Positions 7,921 to 15,937 of a DNA stretch of 20,000 bases are shown here, one piece after another. The DNA comes from an uncultured virus (IMG/VR IMGVR_UViG_3300013005_004768) (Duplodnaviria; Heunggongvirae; Uroviricota; Caudoviricetes). Under the pieces are notes generated by a model. The model was not told the origin of the DNA, ran no database searches, and was given only the letters and a program-made list of their open reading frames with translations. The translations under genes were made by a program, and so were the position numbers. The stretch is from IMG/VR virus record IMGVR_UViG_3300013005_004768; one strand, 5' to 3'. How positions within the stretch are numbered: the stretch's first letter is position 1; every line of letters starts with the position of its first letter.

Positions 7921-10605
7921 CTACTTGATCAAACTACTCAACTGAATCTTAAAAAGGTCAATATTCTCCTGACTCATCTGCTCAATCCAATCCTTGCTAG
8001 ACTTTCCATAATAGGAACTACGATCTTCAAGAATAGGATTCTGACTAGGCTTTAGGTCTGTCAGATTGCCGCTAACTTGATGAGTTCCCATCATATATTT
8101 CAGCATAGGATTCTTGTCTACTTCAGCCTTAATCTTCTCCCTAATTTCAGAGATTTTCCATCTCTTAAGATCTTCAGTAGAAGTTCCACGAATAATCTTG
8201 AGATAACCCTCTGCCTTGTCTTGATTAGTCACAGAATACAAACGAGTGACAATCATGTTTGTCAAGGTGTTATAGGCCAAATTAGCATTACGAATCTCTT
8301 TACTATCAACATCTTCAATCCCAGCCTCTTTCATAAGCTTAGAAATATGAGAAAGATATTCTGTTTGACTGAACTTAGTGATATTAAAAGGATGAATATG
8401 AACAGTATTAGCAAAGAACTCTGTTAGCATTGTTTTGTTCAAGCAATCAACAAGAGTCTTATTGCCAATAAACTTATCATAATCCAATCCAAAGATACTC
8501 AGAACATGAAACATAAACTGCTTATCGGTTGTTCCATACTGGCAATATCTATAGCCGCCAGTAGTCTTTTCTTCAGTTGCAAAATCTTTCTTGCAATATT
8601 CAACAAGCTTGTTGATAGAAGCAAGATTCTTAAAGTGCTTGTTAGCAACAACTTTAAGTTGACGCTTCAAGAAATCATTGAAGTTAACAAGATTATATCC
8701 GTCTTTCTCAAGCTTTTTAGCAAAAGCTGTTTTGATAGCATAAACCTTACTATCTCCAACCAAGTCCTTGACTATACTCTTGAGTTTATCATCACTAAGA
8801 GTAATAGCGATGTCATTAATCTCAGGATAACCAGACTCAGGCTCAGTCTTATAACGAAGCATAGGAACATACACAATCTCATCCTGTTCCAGAAAATCCT
8901 CTAGTTGTTCTTCTGAAAGAATTCTGAGACAAGTAGCATCATTATAAGGATTAGTAATCTGCTTACTGTCCTTATCATAACCGTGGATAAAGAATACATC
9001 TTGATCACTAACACTACCATTAGAATTTCTATTGTAAGACTTTCTTGGGCCAGAACTTTGTGTCAGATGTTTATAGTCTGAAACCTTGAGCAGATTTCCA
9101 GCCCCAACATCTTCGATCAGTTGATCAAAACCTTCTCCGCTTTTTGTATGATCCTTAGTGTCGATCATCAGATAAGCAAAGCAATCGTTTGCATTACAAT
9201 ATCTTGTAAGAATTTTCTTGGCACTTTCTTCACTAGCAACGTCGCAGACAAAGAAAGCCATCGTTCCCTTCTTTTTCTGATTATTCCAGTAATAGGAACC
9301 TTTACCAGTAAGAGTTTCATGATGGATTCTGTCTGTCAGAGCAACTTGGCGGCGAGAACGATAGCCAGCAGTCTTGTAATTAAAAACGTACAGACTCTTA
9401 CCGGCAGGAATTTTATATTCCAAGTCATTGCCAGAGTTGATAGGATGATCTTTACCCTTGGGATCAGTCCAAGTAGCACCAACACCCCAGCCGCCAGCCA
9501 ATTCATTCATAGCATAGTATGAAGTAATTGCTTCTACCTTGTTTTGGGCAGCTTGAATTTTCTTGGAGAATTCTTCCTTCATCTCCATGTAAATTTCTTG
9601 AGTCTTTTTACGCAGTGTCTTGATAACATCTTTAGTATACTGCAAACCTTCACGGCTAACATCCATTTCCAGTTCACCGATACCAAAATCAAGCTCAAGA
9701 TAAAGGCCGGAGTTCAGAATCTCTCCAACGAAACTCTTCCAAGAATCAATATCTGCTTTCTGGAAAGCCCTATTCCACTTCTGAATATGATCGGGCATCT
9801 CATCCTTCTCTTGACCAACAATCTGTGCGGTCTGAACAGGATAAGCGATATTGCCCATGATAGCTACGATACCACTATCAATTCGATGATAACCATTAGG
9901 GAAATAACTATTATCATTATTAAGTCGGCATACCCTCCAACCTTCACCACTAATGATGATGTTGGTATTACTATACTTATGATCTTGCAGATTATTTCCG
10001 ATACCACCTTCAAGGATGGGTTTCATGCGGAAATAGTGGAAGATTCTCTTAGCCTTGTCGGTAAACTCTTGGAAATCATGCTGCTTAACAGCGAAACTAA
10101 TTTCAAGACCATTAGGCTCAGACGTATCTGAAGTATTGAAAAGATTCAGAGTAGGCACTCCGCTCTCGTCAATCGCAGCAATATAGGTATACTTCTTACC
10201 GTTGTAATATGATGCCGTGGTGAAACTCTTGGTATACGCGAAGGGACTCTTAGACCCTAGACCAAGACAACCAACAAAATCATTACTATCATTCTTGTTG
10301 GACGCACCATAAGTTGTATACAAGTCCTCCATATCGGCCTGACTAAGACCAGTGCCATAATCTCTGACTACGAAGGTAGGATTGGCAGCGGTAGGCAAAG
10401 TCACCTTAAAGGGATTCTTATTCCCGGCAGAGATATGACTATCATAAGCATTAGTAGAAAGCTCACGAATCGCAGCCATAACCTTATCAGAGTAAAGAGA
10501 GTCTGAAAGGATTTTAAACATTTTGCTCGTCTGAGCAATATTGAACTGATTCCTGCTTGCAACTCCAACGCTGTGAGTCTCAATCGTCCTATCTGCCAAC
10601 TTCAT
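7921..10605 (-). CDS. rIIA: rIIA-like protein (N-terminal GHKL/Hsp90-type ATPase domain)
   Basis: LYSDKVMAAIRELSTNAYDSH, VRDYGTGLS, YGASNK, GCLGLGSKSPFAY, SREGLQY; 894 aa; directly upstream of rIIB. Confidence 0.9.
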   Translation of the reverse strand: MKLADRTIETHSVGVASRNQFNIAQTSKMFKILSDSLYSDKVMAAIRELSTNAYDSHISAGNKNPFKVTLPTAANPTFVVRDYGTGLSQADMEDLYTTYGASNKNDSNDFVGCLGLGSKSPFAYTKSFTTASYYNGKKYTYIAAIDESGVPTLNLFNTSDTSEPNGLEISFAVKQHDFQEFTDKAKRIFHYFRMKPILEGGIGNNLQDHKYSNTNIIISGEGWRVCRLNNDNSYFPNGYHRIDSGIVAIMGNIAYPVQTAQIVGQEKDEMPDHIQKWNRAFQKADIDSWKSFVGEILNSGLYLELDFGIGELEMDVSREGLQYTKDVIKTLRKKTQEIYMEMKEEFSKKIQAAQNKVEAITSYYAMNELAGGWGVGATWTDPKGKDHPINSGNDLEYKIPAGKSLYVFNYKTAGYRSRRQVALTDRIHHETLTGKGSYYWNNQKKKGTMAFFVCDVASEESAKKILTRYCNANDCFAYLMIDTKDHTKSGEGFDQLIEDVGAGNLLKVSDYKHLTQSSGPRKSYNRNSNGSVSDQDVFFIHGYDKDSKQITNPYNDATCLRILSEEQLEDFLEQDEIVYVPMLRYKTEPESGYPEINDIAITLSDDKLKSIVKDLVGDSKVYAIKTAFAKKLEKDGYNLVNFNDFLKRQLKVVANKHFKNLASINKLVEYCKKDFATEEKTTGGYRYCQYGTTDKQFMFHVLSIFGLDYDKFIGNKTLVDCLNKTMLTEFFANTVHIHPFNITKFSQTEYLSHISKLMKEAGIEDVDSKEIRNANLAYNTLTNMIVTRLYSVTNQDKAEGYLKIIRGTSTEDLKRWKISEIREKIKAEVDKNPMLKYMMGTHQVSGNLTDLKPSQNPILEDRSSYYGKSSKDWIEQMSQENIDLFKIQLSSLIK

Positions 10606-10645
10606 CTGTATTCTCCAAAAGTGTTATCGTTCCTGTGATGGCTCA

Positions 10646-10674
10646 AGTATACCATCGGCAAACCATCTTGTCAA
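10646..10674 (-). promoter_or_regulatory. Sigma70-like promoter for rIIA
   Basis: TTGACA-17 nt (contains TTGCCGAT)-TATACT. Confidence 0.75.
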
Positions 10675-10922
10675 GCATCACTTTTCTTTTGTTGTCTGTC
10701 TGAGATTATTTTAAAACCGATAGCTATGTCTATCAGACCCAAAACTTTTAAAAATGGCACTGGCAAAGTGAATGTCATCCCTCCGACAAGTATGCAAAGA
10801 AGTCCCATAATCCATACAACAAACTTTGGCATCCAATCAAATAATGACAAAAGATAACTCATTGGCCCTATAATTAGCACAGATAAAAAAATAATTGTTA
10901 CTAGTAGAGCTAAACTAGCCAT
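10671..10922 (-). CDS. Small membrane protein (2-3 TM helices)
   Basis: Almost entirely hydrophobic 83-aa ORF with TAATG coupling to the upstream gene. Confidence 0.75.
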   Translation of the reverse strand: MASLALLVTIIFLSVLIIGPMSYLLSLFDWMPKFVVWIMGLLCILVGGMTFTLPVPFLKVLGLIDIAIGFKIISDRQQKKSDA

Positions 10923-11221
10923 TAGTTATCTTCATTATCATAATCGCCTGGATCAAAATCCTCATCTTCATAAGGATTCCATTCTGTATTATATTCATCT
11001 TCTTCTTCTTCTTCGTCTATTTGTTCCTCCATTAATTCAATTGCGTCCATAACAACTTCAAATTCTTGAATTTTATTAAGAACAAGATCTACTTTTTTGT
11101 CTAGATTTTTGATAAGTTTCTTTAACTCGCTAATATCTTTTGAAAGATTGTCTTCTATTTGATGTATCTCTTTATTAGCTTTGATTATCTCTTTGTTAAT
11201 ATTCTCAATATCTCTTGACAT
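10922..11221 (-). CDS. Coiled-coil protein with an acidic tail
   Basis: Heptad-like I/L pattern followed by a D/E-rich C-terminus. Confidence 0.75.
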   Translation of the reverse strand: MSRDIENINKEIIKANKEIHQIEDNLSKDISELKKLIKNLDKKVDLVLNKIQEFEVVMDAIELMEEQIDEEEEEDEYNTEWNPYEDEDFDPGDYDNEDN

Positions 11222-11234
11222 AAGTAGTTACCTA

Positions 11235-11561
11235 TTATAGACGTTTATATTCTTTAATATCTCCATTTTCAATAATCTTCTTATCTTCGTATGAGCTTGC
11301 TGCACGACGATAAAATTCTTGCTTAATATTCTCTAATACACCAGTAATCATAGCAATCTTGGAGTATGAAATGTCTCCCATAATCCCACCTAATATTCGA
11401 GAAAAACAATAGTTAATTTTACCTAAAAGCATCATTGTTTGATTGTCTGTCAAGTTTTGTTGTTGGCAAATTTCTCCCTCTAAGGAGCATTTAAATACAA
11501 AAATTAAACTATCTATATGATTATCTAGTATTTTTCTATCTTGTTCTTTGATATATGGCAT
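11235..11561 (-). CDS. Conserved phage hypothetical protein
   Basis: The MPYIK...GKINY...GVLENIKQEFYRR...YEDKKIIENGD pattern resembles a recurrent phage family (from memory). Start placed at MPYI. Confidence 0.75.
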   Translation of the reverse strand: MPYIKEQDRKILDNHIDSLIFVFKCSLEGEICQQQNLTDNQTMMLLGKINYCFSRILGGIMGDISYSKIAMITGVLENIKQEFYRRAASSYEDKKIIENGDIKEYKRL

Positions 11562-11562
11562 T

Positions 11563-12087
11563 TTAAATTCCTTCACACTTACATTGGTATTTTAAACAAT
11601 ATGAACATTTTGGGCCGGGATCAGAATTTCCAAAATAATTAGCATAACCATCCCAGGTTTCTTTACCCGTGTCGATGCAAACCAATTTAGCTTTACCGTC
11701 TCTTATAATATAACCAATATTTTTTGTGTGACAGTCCCAAAATTTTAACTTTGTTTTGTCATATATAGATTCTACTAATTCTTGTATTTTCCATAGCTTA
11801 GTTTTTTCGCTACTTTCTTTAGCCAGTTCAGTAACATATCCCCAACCACTTATTTTATGAGGAAAGAAAGGCTCGTACCTCATTTTGCACAATTCAGAAC
11901 AGACCTTGGGAGCAAGATCATAACTACTTAATTTGGACTGAATTTGTCTGGCGTATGATGCTCTAGACTTAGAAATAAATTCTTTGAATCCTAAAGATGG
12001 TTCATTAGAGACTTTAAACAAAGTACAATAACCACCGTTTTCACTATAGTAGTCAGATAAATCAACTTTATATTTTGTACTTACCAT
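11563..12087 (-). CDS. Minimal protein-kinase-like fold protein
   Basis: Gly loop ENGGYCTLF, GFKEF Lys, LAPKV, YVTE hinge, catalytic-loop-like DCHTKN, DFG-like IDTG, and a Cys-rich tail. Start placed at ATG 12087. Confidence 0.7.
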   Translation of the reverse strand: MVSTKYKVDLSDYYSENGGYCTLFKVSNEPSLGFKEFISKSRASYARQIQSKLSSYDLAPKVCSELCKMRYEPFFPHKISGWGYVTELAKESSEKTKLWKIQELVESIYDKTKLKFWDCHTKNIGYIIRDGKAKLVCIDTGKETWDGYANYFGNSDPGPKCSYCLKYQCKCEGI

Positions 12088-12088
12088 A

Positions 12089-12412
12089 TTAATAAGAGAT
12101 AACTTGAGGAATTTCACCAGTTATATTATATAGAAAAGCTTTTGCCTTATCTATAGAATGAAACTCTCCAAGAAAAACAGTTCCCGGTAGACCATCACTA
12201 TCAACTGGTACTGATCCATATATTTGATAAAAGGGGTCATCATAAGCATCCTTTTCTTTTTCTAAAAATTCCGCAGATGTTCTGATTTCATCTATATAAG
12301 TACCTCCCTCATAATCACTATATTCTCTTACAGTAACCAGTAAAAAATATTCTATGGGAGATTTGGGATTATTATTCTTAATCCTACCATTACAAAGAGT
12401 ATTACCCATCAT
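12089..12412 (-). CDS. Hypothetical protein
   Basis: 107-aa ORF packed in the operon. Confidence 0.7.
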   Translation of the reverse strand: MMGNTLCNGRIKNNNPKSPIEYFLLVTVREYSDYEGGTYIDEIRTSAEFLEKEKDAYDDPFYQIYGSVPVDSDGLPGTVFLGEFHSIDKAKAFLYNITGEIPQVISY

Positions 12413-12812
12413 TTTTCCTATAAAGAGGAATTACAGTATTTTGATCAACATAAGGGTTGTTTTGAGTTCTTAAATCAAACAAATCACCACGACCATTAAT
12501 TCTGGCCCAAGCAACAGGCTTATCAAGAGAATCTTTTAAAGACTGCATCTGCTGAGACACTTCCAAGTATTCGTTTGTCTGTTCAACAGCAAATTCATTA
12601 GCTCTATAGACTTCTTCAGCCCATTCTTTATTTTTCTCTTTTAGTTTTTTCAATTCATCTTTGGCATTTTGCACAAAGAAAAGATCAGCCCCAGAAGCCC
12701 AAGCAAAATCAATAATACTCTCAAGAGGATTAGCGTGTTTTTCCATATAAGTTGCTAGTTCTATAAATGTCCTTCTTATTCCATCTTCCCAATTTTCATA
12801 TTCTTCGATCAT
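12402..12812 (-). CDS. Hypothetical protein with a central coiled coil
   Basis: 136-aa ORF overlapping its neighbours by a few codons. Confidence 0.7.
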   Translation of the reverse strand: MIEEYENWEDGIRRTFIELATYMEKHANPLESIIDFAWASGADLFFVQNAKDELKKLKEKNKEWAEEVYRANEFAVEQTNEYLEVSQQMQSLKDSLDKPVAWARINGRGDLFDLRTQNNPYVDQNTVIPLYRKNDG

Positions 12813-13029
12813 TCTTTAGCTGTTCTATTTCTCTTTCTAATTTAGCTACTCTTTCGTATATATCATGGTTAGCTAAACGAGGCAGGTCTTTTGCTGGTGT
12901 TTTGCCATCTCCAATTCTTGTATCCCACAACTCAGCAATGCTATCATACTGGTATAAGAAGAGTTCGCCAAGTCTTGGAATAACATCACAACCATTCTTG
13001 GCTTTTGGTAGACTAAAAGATCCGTTCAT
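12796..13029 (-). CDS. Hypothetical protein
   Basis: 77-aa ORF overlapping both neighbours. Confidence 0.65.
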   Translation of the reverse strand: MNGSFSLPKAKNGCDVIPRLGELFLYQYDSIAELWDTRIGDGKTPAKDLPRLANHDIYERVAKLEREIEQLKNDRRI

Positions 13030-13244
13030 TCTAAGACAGTAATTTCTGCTCCCTTAAATTCAGGCTTATAGAAGCCTGTCAAACTGTCCTTCTGATAAGT
13101 ATCTTCAACGATGAATCTAATATCATACTTATTCTCCATTATGGAAACTTCTGAACTAGTAGAAATCTTTTTGTTCTCAACAATATATTGAATAATTGCT
13201 ATCTTAATTTCTTCTTTAGTTAGATTGTATAGATTATATGTCAT
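13026..13244 (-). CDS. Hypothetical protein
   Basis: 72-aa ORF starting 3 nt after the upstream stop. Confidence 0.65.
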   Translation of the reverse strand: MTYNLYNLTKEEIKIAIIQYIVENKKISTSSEVSIMENKYDIRFIVEDTYQKDSLTGFYKPEFKGAEITVLE

Positions 13245-13247
13245 AAA

Positions 13248-13478
13248 TTAAAAGTCATCTCTTATTCGATATTCATCAAACTTTTCTTGACATTCTTCAT
13301 TAGCATCATAATATCCAACATCATAACCTTGTTCATGGCCCATAGCATACGCTGCCATCAACCATTTGATTATATCGTCAGTCTTTCCTTTTGCAACACA
13401 ATTTCTTATGTCGCTTATAGCTCTTTCGTGTCTGACGCTATATCCTTCAACTTCATTTATCCAGTGGTCGAATGTCAT
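13248..13478 (-). CDS. Hypothetical protein
   Basis: 76-aa ORF with an AY..G.EQGY..GY phage-type motif. Confidence 0.65.
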   Translation of the reverse strand: MTFDHWINEVEGYSVRHERAISDIRNCVAKGKTDDIIKWLMAAYAMGHEQGYDVGYYDANEECQEKFDEYRIRDDF

Positions 13479-13507
13479 AAGAGTAAACTCATTTAAAAAG
13501 GATTAAG

Positions 13508-13782
13508 TAGGAGCGGTGAGAATCGAACTCACACTGGATGGATTTTCTTGCCACTATAGTTTTCACTACCATTTCTGTTTGTGGTCTGGACTTTATCTTA
13601 ACCATAACTTTCGTTTTAGGTTCCTGCCGTCAAGTCTCTACACCTTCATAATATTTCTATTAAGCTTGGCTCGGTATTAGCAGTTAAGCCTCCACCGAAT
13701 TTGACAGGTTCTACATCAAAGATTTCTCTTTAAGCACTCAAATTGTATAAGTCCATTGTCTCTGCCGTTGGACTACGCTCCC
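13508..13782 (-). tRNA. trnL: tRNA-Leu(UAA), intron-containing (exons 13782-13749 and 13546-13508)
   Basis: Spliced sequence GGGAGCG TA GTCCAACGGCAGAGAC A ATGGA CTT^AAAA TCCAT CCAGT GTGAG TTCGATT CTCAC CGCTCCT A: 73 nt, anticodon UAA, discriminator A, CCA not encoded. Confidence 0.92.
13547..13748 (-). mobile_element. Group I self-splicing intron (IC3/trnL-type), 202 nt, no ORF
   Basis: Inserted after the first anticodon U. P1 ACTT/GAGT with U.G at the splice site; P AAATTCGGTGGA, Q AATACCGAGC, R GTGTAGAGACTTGACG, S AAGATAAAGTCC; ends in G. Confidence 0.9.
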
Positions 13783-13787
13783 GTATA

Positions 13788-13869
13788 CTTCCAAGCTACA
13801 TATCATAACGATTGGTTAGATGTTTGTCTATGTGTCTCTACCAATATTTATGAGGGATGTAGTTGGAAG
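13788..13869. other. Long imperfect inverted repeat / RNA hairpin upstream of the tRNA
   Basis: Nested pairs CTTCCAA/TTGGAAG, CTACAT/ATGTAG, TCATAA/TTATGA and ATTGGT/ACCAAT. Confidence 0.7.
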
Positions 13870-13889
13870 CATTTGGTTTACACTAAGAC

Positions 13890-14174
13890 TCAGCCGTTAG
13901 AATGAGCAGCCTTTAGACGGCGAACAGTCTCAGCCATAGCCTCGACATTATCCACAGTCTTTGTGGGCTTTGCTCGCTCCATCGCTGGCAGTTCAATGCC
14001 CTTCTTAGCCAGAGCGGCCTTTGTACGAGCATAACGAGCCATCGTACTAGCAACCTTCTGACCAGTCTTACTGGCAATCTCAGCATAGGTCTTGCTGGAA
14101 AAAACTGCCTCAAGGAACTGGTCATCACTGCAACGAACACGACTCTGCTTCTCAGTAGTAGTAACTTCAGCCAT
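13890..14174 (-). CDS. Small basic protein, possibly HTH DNA-binding
   Basis: GGAGG RBS at 14181-14185 supports ATG 14174; SKTYAEIASKTGQKVASTMARY resembles a helix-turn-helix. Confidence 0.75.
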   Translation of the reverse strand: MAEVTTTEKQSRVRCSDDQFLEAVFSSKTYAEIASKTGQKVASTMARYARTKAALAKKGIELPAMERAKPTKTVDNVEAMAETVRRLKAAHSNG

Positions 14175-14231
14175 AATCAACCTCCAAATTCTTAACCAAT
14201 CTACAACCAAGGCTCAGTCAAGCGACTGATC

Positions 14232-14852
14232 TTACCTTGCGTTGTTCCTTCGATTGTACAACATAGTATCGTCACTGTCAATGGGCGACCTTGAAATTTT
14301 TTTCGTTCTCGCCAGAAATTGCTGTTGAACGTCTTTAAAGCTCCAAGGAGTACCAAACTCCACCCCATCTCTTTTATTATCGACCCCTACATCAAGAGTG
14401 AGCGTTCCAGAAGCAACGTCCTCACGATGCAGTCTGCCATGAACATGACCATAAAGCATCCAACTTTTCCTATAGCTACCAGACCAACTTCTCATAGGAT
14501 AATGACACATAAATATCTTTTGATTAACATACAGAATCATTTTCTGATCAGACACACTAGAAAATCCACTAGTAAACTTAGTTGGTTCATCATGATTACC
14601 AAGAATAATGTGAACATTCTCACAAACTATTCTTTCTCTATATGAGAGAGCAGTTCCACCCTTATGACAGAAATCTCCTATAATATAAAGAATATCGTTT
14701 TGTCCAACTGTTTCGTTTATAGAAGAAATAATTTTAGCGTCCATCTCTCCACCAGTAGAAAATGGACGATTACAATATCCTATAATATTCCTATGTCCCA
14801 GGTGAAGATCAGCAGTAAAAAATACTTTCTGACCATCAACTATCTTATCCAT
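14232..14852 (-). CDS. Calcineurin-like metallophosphoesterase
   Basis: Motifs ADLHLGH, IGDF, LGNHD, CHYP and YGHVH. Confidence 0.9.
   Translation of the reverse strand: MDKIVDGQKVFFTADLHLGHRNIIGYCNRPFSTGGEMDAKIISSINETVGQNDILYIIGDFCHKGGTALSYRERIVCENVHIILGNHDEPTKFTSGFSSVSDQKMILYVNQKIFMCHYPMRSWSGSYRKSWMLYGHVHGRLHREDVASGTLTLDVGVDNKRDGVEFGTPWSFKDVQQQFLARTKKISRSPIDSDDTMLYNRRNNAR
14253..14281 (-). promoter_or_regulatory. Sigma70-like promoter inside the 3' end of the phosphoesterase gene
   Basis: TTGACA-17 nt (contains GACGAT)-TACAAT. Confidence 0.7.
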
Positions 14853-14856
14853 TAAA

Positions 14857-15042
14857 TTAATCCTCTGTTGGAAGAACCAGAGCCATTAGTAAATATGCCC
14901 AGAAAAGAATACTTCCGGTGAAAATCGCACCAGCAACAAATCCCAGCCTAACTACAGAAACATCTAACCCTAGACTTTCTGCTAGTCCTCCACAAACACC
15001 AAAGAAAACTCTATTCTTATTACTCTTGTGAAATTGGTTCAT
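14857..15042 (-). CDS. pspC: PspC-domain membrane protein
   Basis: KSNKNRVFFGVCGGLAESLGLDVSVVRL...AYLLMALVLP matches the PspC domain pattern. Confidence 0.85.
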   Translation of the reverse strand: MNQFHKSNKNRVFFGVCGGLAESLGLDVSVVRLGFVAGAIFTGSILFWAYLLMALVLPTED

Positions 15043-15142
15043 AAGTAGATCCTTTAATAATTTGTTGAATCTGATATTCTGAATAGCCAGACATTAACAT
15101 TGCTTGATGATAACCGATAACGGGAATGAGTTCTGAAATCAT
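15020..15142 (-). CDS. Small hypothetical protein (40 aa), not in the ORF track
   Basis: MISELIPVIGYHQAMLMSGYSEYQIQQIIKGSTYEPISQE*; ATGA overlap with the upstream stop and an AAGGA RBS; fills the gap before pspC. Confidence 0.55.
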   Translation of the reverse strand: MISELIPVIGYHQAMLMSGYSEYQIQQIIKGSTYEPISQE

Positions 15143-15432
15143 GATGTTTCCTTTGGTGAGTATAGAGTAACCTTAATTATTATATACCCATCCCGCCCAC
15201 TGTCAATATTCTGTATTGATGATATTCTTCCTTTACCCAAGAATGAATCACCAACTAACAAGAATGGCCCGCCGTCTAAGTTAGCAGAAGTTATTATTGA
15301 GATATCTGATTGACATCCAAATTTCGCCCAATCGCTTTCTCCCTCAACCAAATATTCATATTCCCCAATTTGTGTTATTATTCTTTTGTTTTTGTTCTTA
15401 GACTGTAAGCACTGGCTCATTAAAAGCCTCAC
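15139..15432 (-). CDS. Hypothetical protein (start possibly ATG 15420)
   Basis: ORF packed in the operon. Confidence 0.65.
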   Translation of the reverse strand: MRLLMSQCLQSKNKNKRIITQIGEYEYLVEGESDWAKFGCQSDISIITSANLDGGPFLLVGDSFLGKGRISSIQNIDSGRDGYIIIKVTLYSPKETS

Positions 15433-15613
15433 TATCGAGTATATAACCTTGATTATTTTCTGACGTTAGGTTAGCAAGAACGTCTTTTAGTCTTTGATTT
15501 TCTTTCTCAAGGGTATTCATTATTTTTTCAGCTTGATTTAAAGCTTTCTGAAGAGATTTAACTCTATTAGCTAATTGATCGTTCATATATTCTGTTGCTG
15601 TTCTGACAACCAT
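15398..15613 (-). CDS. Small coiled-coil protein
   Basis: AAGGAGG RBS; heptad pattern LQKALNQAEKIMNTLEKENQRLKDVL. Confidence 0.75.
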   Translation of the reverse strand: MVVRTATEYMNDQLANRVKSLQKALNQAEKIMNTLEKENQRLKDVLANLTSENNQGYILDSEAFNEPVLTV

Positions 15614-15652
15614 GATTAGCCTCCTTGATATGAGTTTGACAACCTTATATTA

Positions 15653-15658
15653 TACACC
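15653..15658 (-). promoter_or_regulatory. GGTGTA motif (GGTGTATAAT), putative promoter
   Basis: Intergenic, upstream of the AAGGAGG RBS of 15398..15613. Confidence 0.55.
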
Positions 15659-15937
15659 TTACAGGTTAAGTCCATTTAAGAATTTTTGTAAATCTTTGAG
15701 TTGTTTTTTGTCTAACACCATCTGATCAGCATAGGGCTTTTTATATGCTAAAACTTGAAAACAGTACCTTAGTCTCTGCCATAATGACATCTTATTACTA
15801 TAGTTTGTATAATGCTCAAATATAGCCAAATCTGCCAACTCAATTTCATGGTCATATTCTATTACCAATATCTCACTCTTACAAGAACACGGAATGAATA
15901 GTGTCTTATTTTCTTTTAGATTGGTTACGCTTCCCAT
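15659..15937 (-). CDS. Hypothetical protein
   Basis: 92-aa ORF with a CSC motif and LWQRLRY. Confidence 0.7.
   Translation of the reverse strand: MGSVTNLKENKTLFIPCSCKSEILVIEYDHEIELADLAIFEHYTNYSNKMSLWQRLRYCFQVLAYKKPYADQMVLDKKQLKDLQKFLNGLNL

Noticed and set aside
13639..13644. GGTGTA inside the intron as a promoter
   Set aside because: It is part of the conserved R element of the group I intron core.
13913..14140. Alternative-frame minus ORF (also 10401..10583 inside rIIA)
   Set aside because: Nested within better-supported genes that have an RBS or clear family motifs.
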